The notes under the pieces: generated by a model
Told to the model about the DNA's origin: nothing
Seen by the model: only the letters and a program-made list of their open reading frames with translations
The model's database searches: none
Sequence record: NC_022096.1
Strand: one strand, 5' to 3'
DNA: 64,000 nt
In this document: in pieces, positions 1 to 7,547 of the stretch
How positions within the stretch are numbered: position 1 is the stretch's first letter
Layout of the letters: the number at the start of each line of letters is the position of its first letter
Position numbers and translations under genes: made by a program

Positions 1-2
1 TG

Positions 3-419
3 TTTGAGGCGCTGACGCCGCATACGAAGAAATTCAGCGTCTCCACGGAAGTGGATGATGGAGTTTACTGGCTTGGTGCCGATGCGGTGCAAGAGCGGAT
101 CAGCGTGAACGTGTACGCAGCCTCTTTGGGCCGAGACAACGATGCCGTGGCCGACCGCATTGTCGAACTCTACCGAACTCGCAACGTGCGTTACGTGGCG
201 CTCGACACTCGACACGTCAACCAAGACGTGTACCACGCCTGGCTGGAGAAACTGCAGGCGCGACTGCCCGATCCGATATACGTCTTCGACCCGTCAGTCG
301 GCGGGCCTTACTTCGATCAACTCATTCAGGACATGAACGATGGTGTCACACGAATCCCAGAAAGAGCACTTCCAGACGCTTCGGCAACTGGCCGCGACAA
401 TGGGGAAGAACATTGGTGA
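3..419 (+). CDS. hypothetical protein, 5'-truncated by the window edge
   Basis: Frame of ORF 51..419 is open from base 3, so the true start probably lies upstream; no motif recognised. Confidence 0.6.
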   Translation, partial: FEALTPHTKKFSVSTEVDDGVYWLGADAVQERISVNVYAASLGRDNDAVADRIVELYRTRNVRYVALDTRHVNQDVYHAWLEKLQARLPDPIYVFDPSVGGPYFDQLIQDMNDGVTRIPERALPDASATGRDNGEEHW

Positions 420-621
420 GTTCGTCAACAGCGGCAACGTCTTCCATCGGCCGTGTGCTGATTATCAAGGTAAAGGCGCAACGCTGACGATTACTGCCCG
501 CGGGACCATACGCGCAAGTGTCCACACGCCAACACCCACAGGCATCGAGACTTTCTGGGGATGGACCTACATGGACGATCAACCCGGACTCAAGCGCCTG
601 ATCAAGCGCATCGCACTCTAG
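340..621 (+). CDS. hypothetical protein
   Basis: ORF ending at TAG just before a terminator hairpin; alternative ATG at 400. Confidence 0.55.
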   Translation: MVSHESQKEHFQTLRQLAATMGKNIGEFVNSGNVFHRPCADYQGKGATLTITARGTIRASVHTPTPTGIETFWGWTYMDDQPGLKRLIKRIAL

Positions 622-641
622 GGAGCCAATGGCTCCCTTTT
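621..641 (+). terminator. rho-independent terminator
   Basis: GGGAGCC-AAT-GGCTCCC followed by TTTTCCTTT. Confidence 0.8.
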
Positions 642-688
642 CCTTTGGCCGTGGTAATTTCTCCGAATCGAACATGAGGAGATTTGCC

Positions 689-1192
689 ATGCTTGGATTA
701 TTCGGCAACGTGACTGTGAAGAAAGGCAAGCGGAAACGCAAATTCAAGAAGTACCGCCAGTACGAATACGATTTCTACGGGCGCAAGCTGGTGCTGCAAG
801 GCTACGAAGCACAAGCGCTTGAGTACCTTGTCGAAGTCGGCGGGTTCGATCCTGCGGACATCAAGACCGAGTGCGAGTTCGGCGACGCCCTGAACATCCG
901 TTACAAGTATTCGGGCAAATGGCGTTCCTACATGCCTGACATTTTCATCCGCAACCACAACATCATCGTCGAAGTGAAGTCGAAATCCACGATGGGCTTG
1001 TTGAACAACAAGAAGCGTGGTTGGTCGATGAACCAAGCCAAGGCGAAGGCGTGCCATGCCCGCGGTTTCAAGTTCTGCGTGCTTCTGATGACCGACTCAG
1101 GCAAGCGCATTCCGCTGCCGAAGAACTGGCCGCTGATGAAGAAGGCGGAGTGCCTGCGCATCATGCGTGAGGAGCTTGGAGTTCGCATCTAA
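689..1192 (+). CDS. PD-(D/E)XK (TnsA-N-like) endonuclease
   Basis: YMPDIFI...IIVEVKS catalytic-type motif; AGGAG RBS before ATG 689 (ORF-track start 629 lies inside the terminator); paralogous to 13438..14262. Confidence 0.7.
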   Translation: MLGLFGNVTVKKGKRKRKFKKYRQYEYDFYGRKLVLQGYEAQALEYLVEVGGFDPADIKTECEFGDALNIRYKYSGKWRSYMPDIFIRNHNIIVEVKSKSTMGLLNNKKRGWSMNQAKAKACHARGFKFCVLLMTDSGKRIPLPKNWPLMKKAECLRIMREELGVRI

Positions 1193-1213
1193 ACTGTAAA
1201 CTCCAGCTATACC
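1191..1213 (+). promoter_or_regulatory. putative phage promoter, class A (AAACTGTAAA-N7-TATACC)
   Basis: Intergenic; same motif and spacing recur at 3751, 8021 and 14355. Confidence 0.55.
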
Positions 1214-1231
1214 AACACAGAGCACACGGAC

Positions 1232-1879
1232 ATGAGCATTACCTACAAGTACGGAAACGGCAAGTTGATCGGCTACCGTTCCGTAGACAAGTTTCATGGT
1301 GGCCTGTCGTTCAAGTTTCATCCAGACGGCGGAGACTCGTTCGATCGGTTCATCGACAAGGGTTTGATTCTCGAAATCAAAACTCAGTACGGTGAGCAAA
1401 CGATCGCGCTGAAACGGAACGACTACCGCGTAGTTCCCGAGCTGTGGAACTGCACCACGCTGATTTTCCAGAGTAACGAGTTGGCGCGCTCGCTCCACCT
1501 TGCTCTCGACGTTGAAGGCTTCCTGCACGTTTCGACACACAGCACGGCGACCCTTGCCGCTGAGTTGGCGAGCACCATCACGCACCAGCTGGCAACACCG
1601 TTCATGAAGCGCAAGCAGATTGACGTGCATCTGCGTAGTGAGCCCAGCGTCATCGCGCATTCCATTCTTCGGTGCATCGGGCTCAACCGATTCGCACCCG
1701 GCATGGACGTCAAGACGTTCTACCAACAGCATACGCCAGAAGCAGCCTACTCTGCGCTGTGTGCGTGGCTGAGCAACAAAGACCTTCGCGTGAACTTCCT
1801 GCCGCATGATGGCACGAAGCGCGCCGCATTCGTTTCTCGCATTGGCGAGAATGTTTTGGAGTTCGCCGAACAGGCGTAA
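1232..1879 (+). CDS. hypothetical protein
   Basis: 215-aa ORF with GGAC before ATG; first gene after the class A motif. Confidence 0.7.
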   Translation: MSITYKYGNGKLIGYRSVDKFHGGLSFKFHPDGGDSFDRFIDKGLILEIKTQYGEQTIALKRNDYRVVPELWNCTTLIFQSNELARSLHLALDVEGFLHVSTHSTATLAAELASTITHQLATPFMKRKQIDVHLRSEPSVIAHSILRCIGLNRFAPGMDVKTFYQQHTPEAAYSALCAWLSNKDLRVNFLPHDGTKRAAFVSRIGENVLEFAEQA

Positions 1880-1895
1880 GCAAATAGGACCCATC

Positions 1896-2693
1896 ATGGC
1901 AGCCGTACGTAAACTATCCGACCTGAAAGAAGCTGGCTACAACCCGCGCGTCATCAGCAGCAAGCGCCTCAGCAACCTGCACAAGTCCATGACGACCTAC
2001 GGCGACCTGAGCGGCGTCGTGTTCAACGTCAAGACCAAGACCCTGATTTCCGGCCACCAGCGCCTCAAGCCGCTGCGTGATGCTGGCATCAAAGTCGAAA
2101 TCAAGACCAAGCCCATCACCGACAAGTTCGGCACTGTAGCCGAAGGCTACGTCGTCGCCAAGACCAGCGCCGGCGAGCTGCGCATCCCGTACCGCGAAGT
2201 ATCCTGGAGCGACAAGAAAGCCGAGTACGCTGCCAACATCGCTGCAAACGCTCACGGCGGTGACTTCGACCGCACCAAGCTCGGTACCCTGCTGGCTGCT
2301 CTGGAGAAGGGCAAGTCGTTCGACATCGACGTTCTGGGTCTCGATCCGTTGAGCGTGCGCAGCCTGATGCCGAAGATGCCGAACGTCGAAGGTAGCGGTG
2401 ACGATGACGGTGAATCGTTCCAAGAGTACGGCGAGGACAGCTTCGAGTTCGATCATCAGTGCCCGAAGTGCAAGTTCCAGTTCAACTCCAGCTCTGCAAG
2501 CAAGCCCAAGAAGGACAAGCCGCAACCCAAGGCGCCGAAGCTCGACGTGAAGAAGGCCAAAGCCGAAGTCAAAGCCAAGAAGATCAAGGCTGAGAAGAAG
2601 ACCGACAGCAAGGCCAAGTCCAGCGCCGCAAAAGAATCGCTGAAAAAAGCGAAGTCCAGTAAGCTCAAGGCCAAGATCAAGAAGGCCAAGTAA
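1896..2693 (+). CDS. ParB/Srx-like domain protein with CxxC and Lys-rich C-terminal tail
   Basis: YNPR...ISGHQRL ParB-N motif; CPKC; last ~60 aa Lys/Ala rich; AGGA RBS before ATG 1896. Confidence 0.75.
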   Translation: MAAVRKLSDLKEAGYNPRVISSKRLSNLHKSMTTYGDLSGVVFNVKTKTLISGHQRLKPLRDAGIKVEIKTKPITDKFGTVAEGYVVAKTSAGELRIPYREVSWSDKKAEYAANIAANAHGGDFDRTKLGTLLAALEKGKSFDIDVLGLDPLSVRSLMPKMPNVEGSGDDDGESFQEYGEDSFEFDHQCPKCKFQFNSSSASKPKKDKPQPKAPKLDVKKAKAEVKAKKIKAEKKTDSKAKSSAAKESLKKAKSSKLKAKIKKAK

Positions 2694-2704
2694 GTAGGTC
2701 AGCC

Positions 2705-3712
2705 ATGGAAAAGAAAATCGTCAAGATACCTTCGATGAAGAAGATCAACGCTCTTCCGAAGGCATTCAAAGGCATCAGTTCGTTCTCCGGTTGTGGCGGG
2801 AGCTCCACTGGTGTGAAGATGGCTGGCGTCCAAGTGCTGCTCGCAACCGAGTTCATCAAGCCAGCCATCGAAACCTACGAGAAGAACCACAAAGGCACCA
2901 TCGTCATCGGTGAAGACATTCGCAAGGTCGACTGGGAGTCGTGGCGCAAGGAGCTCAAGCTCAAGCGCGGCCAGCTGGACTTCTCCGAAGGCAGTCCGCC
3001 GTGCAAGTCCTTCTCGACCTCTGGCACTGGCAGTGACGACTGGGGCAAGGAGAAACTCTACTCTGAGAACGTCTACCAGCGCACCGATGACCTCTTCTAC
3101 GAGGAAATGCGCAAGCTGGAAGCGTTCATGCCCAAGGTCTTCGTCTGCGAGAACGTCAAGGGCATGGTTGAGGGTGACGCCAAGGGTTACTTCATCGAAA
3201 TCCTGCGTGACCTTAAAGCAATCGGGTATAGCGTGAAGGCGCAGGTGTTGAACGCTGCCCGTCTCGACGTACCCCAAGCCCGCGAGCGCGTGATCTTCGT
3301 TGGTGTGCGTAACGACTTGGTGAAGAAAGGCTTTGAGCCTGTGTTCCCCAAAGCGAAGCCGTACGAGGTGAACGTCAACGACGTCCTACCTCACATTGCG
3401 TACCTCAAGTCGAAGTACCGAGGCGACATCAAGTACGTCCCAGCTTCGATCCCGAGTCCTACGATCGTGGCGAGCGATGGTACCAACAGTGAGACTGCCG
3501 GCTTCTCGTCTGGCGGCTTCATTGAGACTGTCGATGGCGAGCGCCGCAAGTACACCATCGACGAGTTGAAGAAGATTTTCACCTTCCCGGATGACTTCAT
3601 CTTCACTGGTACCTACAAGCAGCAGTTCGAGCGTCTCGGCCGCTCAGTTCCGCCACTCATGATGTATCGCGTAGTCGCGGAGCTTCGCCGCCAGATTCTG
3701 GAGAAGCTGTAA
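2705..3712 (+). CDS. DNA cytosine-C5 methyltransferase family protein, candidate carboxymethyltransferase
   Basis: Motifs I FSGCGG, IV GSPPCKSFS, VI ENVKG, VIII QARERV, X GRSVPP (Asn replaced by Arg313). Confidence 0.93.
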   Translation: MEKKIVKIPSMKKINALPKAFKGISSFSGCGGSSTGVKMAGVQVLLATEFIKPAIETYEKNHKGTIVIGEDIRKVDWESWRKELKLKRGQLDFSEGSPPCKSFSTSGTGSDDWGKEKLYSENVYQRTDDLFYEEMRKLEAFMPKVFVCENVKGMVEGDAKGYFIEILRDLKAIGYSVKAQVLNAARLDVPQARERVIFVGVRNDLVKKGFEPVFPKAKPYEVNVNDVLPHIAYLKSKYRGDIKYVPASIPSPTIVASDGTNSETAGFSSGGFIETVDGERRKYTIDELKKIFTFPDDFIFTGTYKQQFERLGRSVPPLMMYRVVAELRRQILEKL

Positions 3713-3717
3713 CCCAA

Positions 3718-3740
3718 GGGAGTCTTCGGACTCCCTTTTT
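3718..3740 (+). terminator. rho-independent terminator
   Basis: GGGAGTC-TTCG-GACTCCC-TTTTT. Confidence 0.9.
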
Positions 3741-3750
3741 ATGGCCTCCG

Positions 3751-3773
3751 AAACTGTAAATCCACAGTATAAT
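3751..3773 (+). promoter_or_regulatory. putative phage promoter, class A (AAACTGTAAA-N7-TATAAT)
   Basis: Directly after the terminator, 20 nt before the cmoA-like ATG. Confidence 0.6.
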
Positions 3774-3793
3774 CCATTGGTTGGAGCCTAAAC

Positions 3794-4570
3794 ATGAGCC
3801 AAGAACCTGTAGTAGACAACCACGTCCCAGGCGAACGCTGGGAGTTCAACGAGGACGTAGCCAAGCAGTTCGACCTGATGCTGGAGAAGTCGATCCCCGG
3901 CTACGGACAGATGCGTGATCTGGTGTATCGCATCGGCAAGCGTTTCGTTCAGTCGCCGTCGAACGTCATCGATCTGGGTGCTAGCCGTGGTGAAGCCGTG
4001 GCGCGCTTTATCGCTGAGTTCCCGCACTCTGACTTCTTCCTCTCGGAAGTTTCCGAGCCAATGCTGGCTGAAATGCACGAGCGCTTTGCTGATCTGCCGA
4101 ACGTGTTTCCTGTGAGCTACGATCTGCGCAAGACGTCCGAGCAGATTGCCACAGCGATTCGTAATCCGAAGTTCGGCATGGCCCACGCTGGGCTGAACCC
4201 TGTTGCGTCGCACACTACGCTGGTGCTGTCTATTCTCACCATGATCTTCGTGCCCATCAACTTCCGCCCGAGCATCTACAAGGGCGTGTACGACGGACTG
4301 GCCCGCGGCGGCGCGTTCATCGTTGTCGAGAAGGTGCTTGGCAACTCCGCCGCCATGCAAGAGCTGCTGGTTGACGTGTACCACGAGTACAAGCACGACA
4401 ACGGCTACAGCTGGGAAGCCATCGAGCGCAAACGCGCCGCCCTCGAAGGCGTGCAAGTACCTGTGAGCCATGAGACCAACATCGATATGTTGCGTGCCGC
4501 TGGCTTCCGCAACGTCGAATCGTTCTGGCGCAACATGAATTTCGTGGCCTATCTGGCTATCAAGGATTAA
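3794..4570 (+). CDS. cmoA: CmoA-like carboxy-S-adenosyl-L-methionine synthase
   Basis: WEFNEDVAKQFDLMLEKSIPGY, IDLGASRG, GGAFIVVEK, KRAALEG (Arg214) and AGFRNVESFWRNMNF all match recalled CmoA blocks; GGAG RBS. Confidence 0.85.
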   Translation: MSQEPVVDNHVPGERWEFNEDVAKQFDLMLEKSIPGYGQMRDLVYRIGKRFVQSPSNVIDLGASRGEAVARFIAEFPHSDFFLSEVSEPMLAEMHERFADLPNVFPVSYDLRKTSEQIATAIRNPKFGMAHAGLNPVASHTTLVLSILTMIFVPINFRPSIYKGVYDGLARGGAFIVVEKVLGNSAAMQELLVDVYHEYKHDNGYSWEAIERKRAALEGVQVPVSHETNIDMLRAAGFRNVESFWRNMNFVAYLAIKD

Positions 4571-4572
4571 CG

Positions 4573-5025
4573 ATGCGTGAACTCAAGCTACTCCGCAAGC
4601 GCGTAAAGCAGGCTTGGGCGGCAGAAGCTGACCTGAGTCCGAATGAGCGAGAACTGCACCAGTGGCAGTTCCTGTCGATGCAGAGCAACGTGCCCTATGT
4701 CGTCGGTAAGGGTGCCGCCAACACGTTCTTCTATCGTGTCGGTACTACTGGTGAAATGACCTACGTGATGCCAGACGAAATGTTTGCCATCATGGACAAG
4801 TGGGTCAACTCTAGCTTTGCTTTGTTCGCCATCACCAAGACGCGCGACATCAAAGACGCCCCGTGCTCCACGGACATCAACGTCCTGCTGCAAAAGACGA
4901 AGGACAAGTACGTCGGTTATTTCATTGTCGGTATCACACCCGACCAGCGTGTAGTTCGCCTGCATGTATTGAAAAGCGGACTCCGCAAAAACCAATGGGT
5001 GCCCTTCAAGCCGAAGAAACGGTAA
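4573..5025 (+). CDS. hypothetical protein in the modification cluster
   Basis: 150-aa ORF starting 2 nt after the cmoA-like stop. Confidence 0.7.
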   Translation: MRELKLLRKRVKQAWAAEADLSPNERELHQWQFLSMQSNVPYVVGKGAANTFFYRVGTTGEMTYVMPDEMFAIMDKWVNSSFALFAITKTRDIKDAPCSTDINVLLQKTKDKYVGYFIVGITPDQRVVRLHVLKSGLRKNQWVPFKPKKR

Positions 5026-5034
5026 GGAAAGACA

Positions 5035-5859
5035 ATGGACCAGAAGACTCGTTCCAAGAAATTGCGCCGAGCGCTCGTTGCGCAGGCGAAGTCGGTGGGC
5101 GTCAAGAATGTAGCCGTTCCCATGAGCAGCGGTGTGGACAGTCACTGTGCGCTGTTCGCCTGCCTCGAAGCTGGGTTGAGCCCGCACGTCTACTCGTTCC
5201 ATCTGGACGGCGTTGAAAGCCGTGACGTGCGTGTCGCCGAGAAGACAGCGGAAGCCTTCGATCTGCCGTTCACCAAAGTGACGCTACCCAATGGCAAGAA
5301 GCAACTCATCAAGGACGTCATCGAGCTTGCCCGTTTCGGCTGCCGTAGCAAGACGGACTTCGAGTGCTTCTGGCCAATGTGGCACTTGCTGCCGAAGATC
5401 AAGCAGAAGGCTTTCTTCACCGGCCATGGTGCCGACAGCCTGTACTGCCTTAGCCGCAAAGCTGTTCAACACTACGCCGGCCGCGAAGATGAATTTCGTA
5501 GGCTGGCTTTCTCGTCCAACAAAGCCTTCCAGAAGGGCTTGATCGAGAAGTGGTGTGAGACTAAGGGCAAAGGCAAAATCTACTGCCCGATCTTCTTCAA
5601 CCAGCAGACGCTTGCAATCTTCCAAGGCGCCAAGCCTGCTGATCTGAACAAGCCGATCCAGAAAGCCGTGAGCCGCATGGCGTTCGAGGAATACTTCGAG
5701 CATGTGCGCGTCTACGTTCACCAACCTTTCCAGTTGGGTGACACCGGCATCAAGATCGGCTTCGAGCAGCATCTGCTGGACAGCGAACTCAACACCAAGT
5801 CCTACAAAAGCGTTGTCGGCATTTATAATGAGCTGGTGCGCAACTACGGGAAGAAGTGA
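5035..5859 (+). CDS. stand-alone asparagine-synthetase-like (PP-loop) ATP-dependent amide ligase
   Basis: VAVPMSSGVDS PP-loop and FFTGHGADSLY matching the AsnB synthetase-domain TGxGADE motif; no N-terminal glutaminase domain; AGGA RBS. Confidence 0.75.
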   Translation: MDQKTRSKKLRRALVAQAKSVGVKNVAVPMSSGVDSHCALFACLEAGLSPHVYSFHLDGVESRDVRVAEKTAEAFDLPFTKVTLPNGKKQLIKDVIELARFGCRSKTDFECFWPMWHLLPKIKQKAFFTGHGADSLYCLSRKAVQHYAGREDEFRRLAFSSNKAFQKGLIEKWCETKGKGKIYCPIFFNQQTLAIFQGAKPADLNKPIQKAVSRMAFEEYFEHVRVYVHQPFQLGDTGIKIGFEQHLLDSELNTKSYKSVVGIYNELVRNYGKK

Positions 5860-6473
5860 CCATGTTCATCCAAAACTATATCCACTACAAGACCGATCCC
5901 GCCTCGTGGGTGCTGAACACGCTGTTCCCGCTGACTGCGGAAGAGTACGGCGACCAGCAAGCTTGGCTCGATGCTGGAGCTCCAGACGAACCTCCGATGA
6001 CTCGCGTCCTGAATGCTGAGCAAGATCGACTGTTCAAGCTGGTACACAAGCACGCCAGTGACTACTACGCGCAGAACAAGCCGTACCTGAACTCCGTCGC
6101 AATCATGATGGCAATGACCGCGCTCTACGGTGAGCAGCAAGTTCTCGGCCATTCGTATCGCGGTGCATTCCTGTTTGCCGGCAACTGCGAAGCGATGTTC
6201 AGTCGTCTGGTGATGCAAGGTCAAGGTGCAATGGATTTCATGCGCTACAACCTTGCACAAGAAGTAACTGGTGACCCGATGCTCGCGGTAATTCGCGCCG
6301 AGCAACTGTGCCACAAGTACGGCCTGCGTAATCACCGCATGCCAACCGGTGACGGTACCGACATCGTGTTCAGCCTTGAGCCGATCGCCAACCCGGTGTT
6401 CGATAACGTCAAATACATTCCATCCGTCGCTGGCTACTATACCATCGTCGGCAAAGGTGCAGCGAGGGATTAA
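5856..6473 (+). CDS. hypothetical protein
   Basis: 205-aa ORF, GTGA overlap with the upstream stop (alternative ATG 5862). Confidence 0.7.
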   Translation: MTMFIQNYIHYKTDPASWVLNTLFPLTAEEYGDQQAWLDAGAPDEPPMTRVLNAEQDRLFKLVHKHASDYYAQNKPYLNSVAIMMAMTALYGEQQVLGHSYRGAFLFAGNCEAMFSRLVMQGQGAMDFMRYNLAQEVTGDPMLAVIRAEQLCHKYGLRNHRMPTGDGTDIVFSLEPIANPVFDNVKYIPSVAGYYTIVGKGAARD

Positions 6474-6475
6474 CC

Positions 6476-7537
6476 GTGGCCAAGAAAGACAAACTCAAGA
6501 AGAAAAAAGGTGATGTCAAGATCGATGTCACCGTCGAGAAGAAAAAGAAAAAGAAGGCGAAAGCCGAGGTAATGCCGATCGCGAAGGACAGCTACATCAT
6601 CGTTCGTGTCGGTAGCAAGCACAAGCTGGCACTCGCCATCAACCCGGAACGCGGTCGCGCTGTCATCGACGAAACTCTGGCGGACGACGAGCCACAGCAC
6701 ATCGAGTTCGACGAGAACAACCTGGTGTGCAACCTGGGCACCAAGCCCAAGGGTGGCGCTGCCTTCGGCGTGCGTATCGAACCCTACGTCTCCAGCGTCG
6801 AATCCAAGTACGGCCAGATGCACTTCTTCCGCGAGCTGGGTGACCTGGAGAAGAAAGCACTCAAGCGCGCACTGCGTCGCACCTACGACGGCATGCTGGA
6901 ACAGAACCTGAACGTCTTCCCGTTCACCCAGATGAAGATTACGCCGAAGCGCGGCAAGTACGCGGGTATGTATCTGTTCCGTCGCAAGTCTGGCGAGGTC
7001 TGGGATGCCGTTGTACTGCACCCGGAGACGTTCGAGGACACCAAGTTCAACGAGTACCTGCTGTACCACGAATACGGTCACGCTGTCTGGTACAAGATGA
7101 TCACTGCCAGCTACAAGGCCAAGTGGATCAAGCTCTACCACAAGCGCCTGGAGCTGATGAACATCCTGAAAGATCGTCTTGAGCCGATGCTGGACGAACT
7201 GCTCAAGTTCGCCGGCAGTCTCAAGGACTTCTACAAGGAACTCGAAGAGGAAGACCGCCTCGTGTTCCGTGAGGTGCTGTCGCACTACAAGCGCTACCAC
7301 AAGATGGATGGCTACTCGATGGACATCCTGCACATGGAAGACACTGAGAAGTTTGCTTCGATGTGGCCGAAGCGTGCAACTCTCGTTGAATCGCGCCCTG
7401 ACCTGAGCGAATATGCGATGGTCAAGCCTGAGGAGTTCTGGGCAGAAGCGTTTGCGTTCCACATGACTGGGCGCAAAATGCCCAAGGACATTACCAAAGC
7501 CATGGAGAAAACGCTGACTGCTTTGCAGAGCGTGTAG
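6476..7537 (+). CDS. putative zinc metallopeptidase (HExxH) with basic N-terminus
   Basis: YHEYGHAVW and downstream YAMVKPEEFWAEAF; N-terminal poly-Lys stretch. Confidence 0.6.
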   Translation: MAKKDKLKKKKGDVKIDVTVEKKKKKKAKAEVMPIAKDSYIIVRVGSKHKLALAINPERGRAVIDETLADDEPQHIEFDENNLVCNLGTKPKGGAAFGVRIEPYVSSVESKYGQMHFFRELGDLEKKALKRALRRTYDGMLEQNLNVFPFTQMKITPKRGKYAGMYLFRRKSGEVWDAVVLHPETFEDTKFNEYLLYHEYGHAVWYKMITASYKAKWIKLYHKRLELMNILKDRLEPMLDELLKFAGSLKDFYKELEEEDRLVFREVLSHYKRYHKMDGYSMDILHMEDTEKFASMWPKRATLVESRPDLSEYAMVKPEEFWAEAFAFHMTGRKMPKDITKAMEKTLTALQSV

Positions 7538-7547
7538 AGACTCCCAC

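Noticed and set aside
629-688. ORF-track start at 629 for the endonuclease
   Set aside because: The ATG lies inside the terminator hairpin; ATG 689 has an AGGAG RBS.
5035-5859. QueC / 7-deazaguanine pathway interpretation of the PP-loop gene
   Set aside because: No QueC C-terminal Cys cluster and no folE, queD, queE or dpdA-like genes recognised in the window; the TGxGAD motif is AsnB-type.
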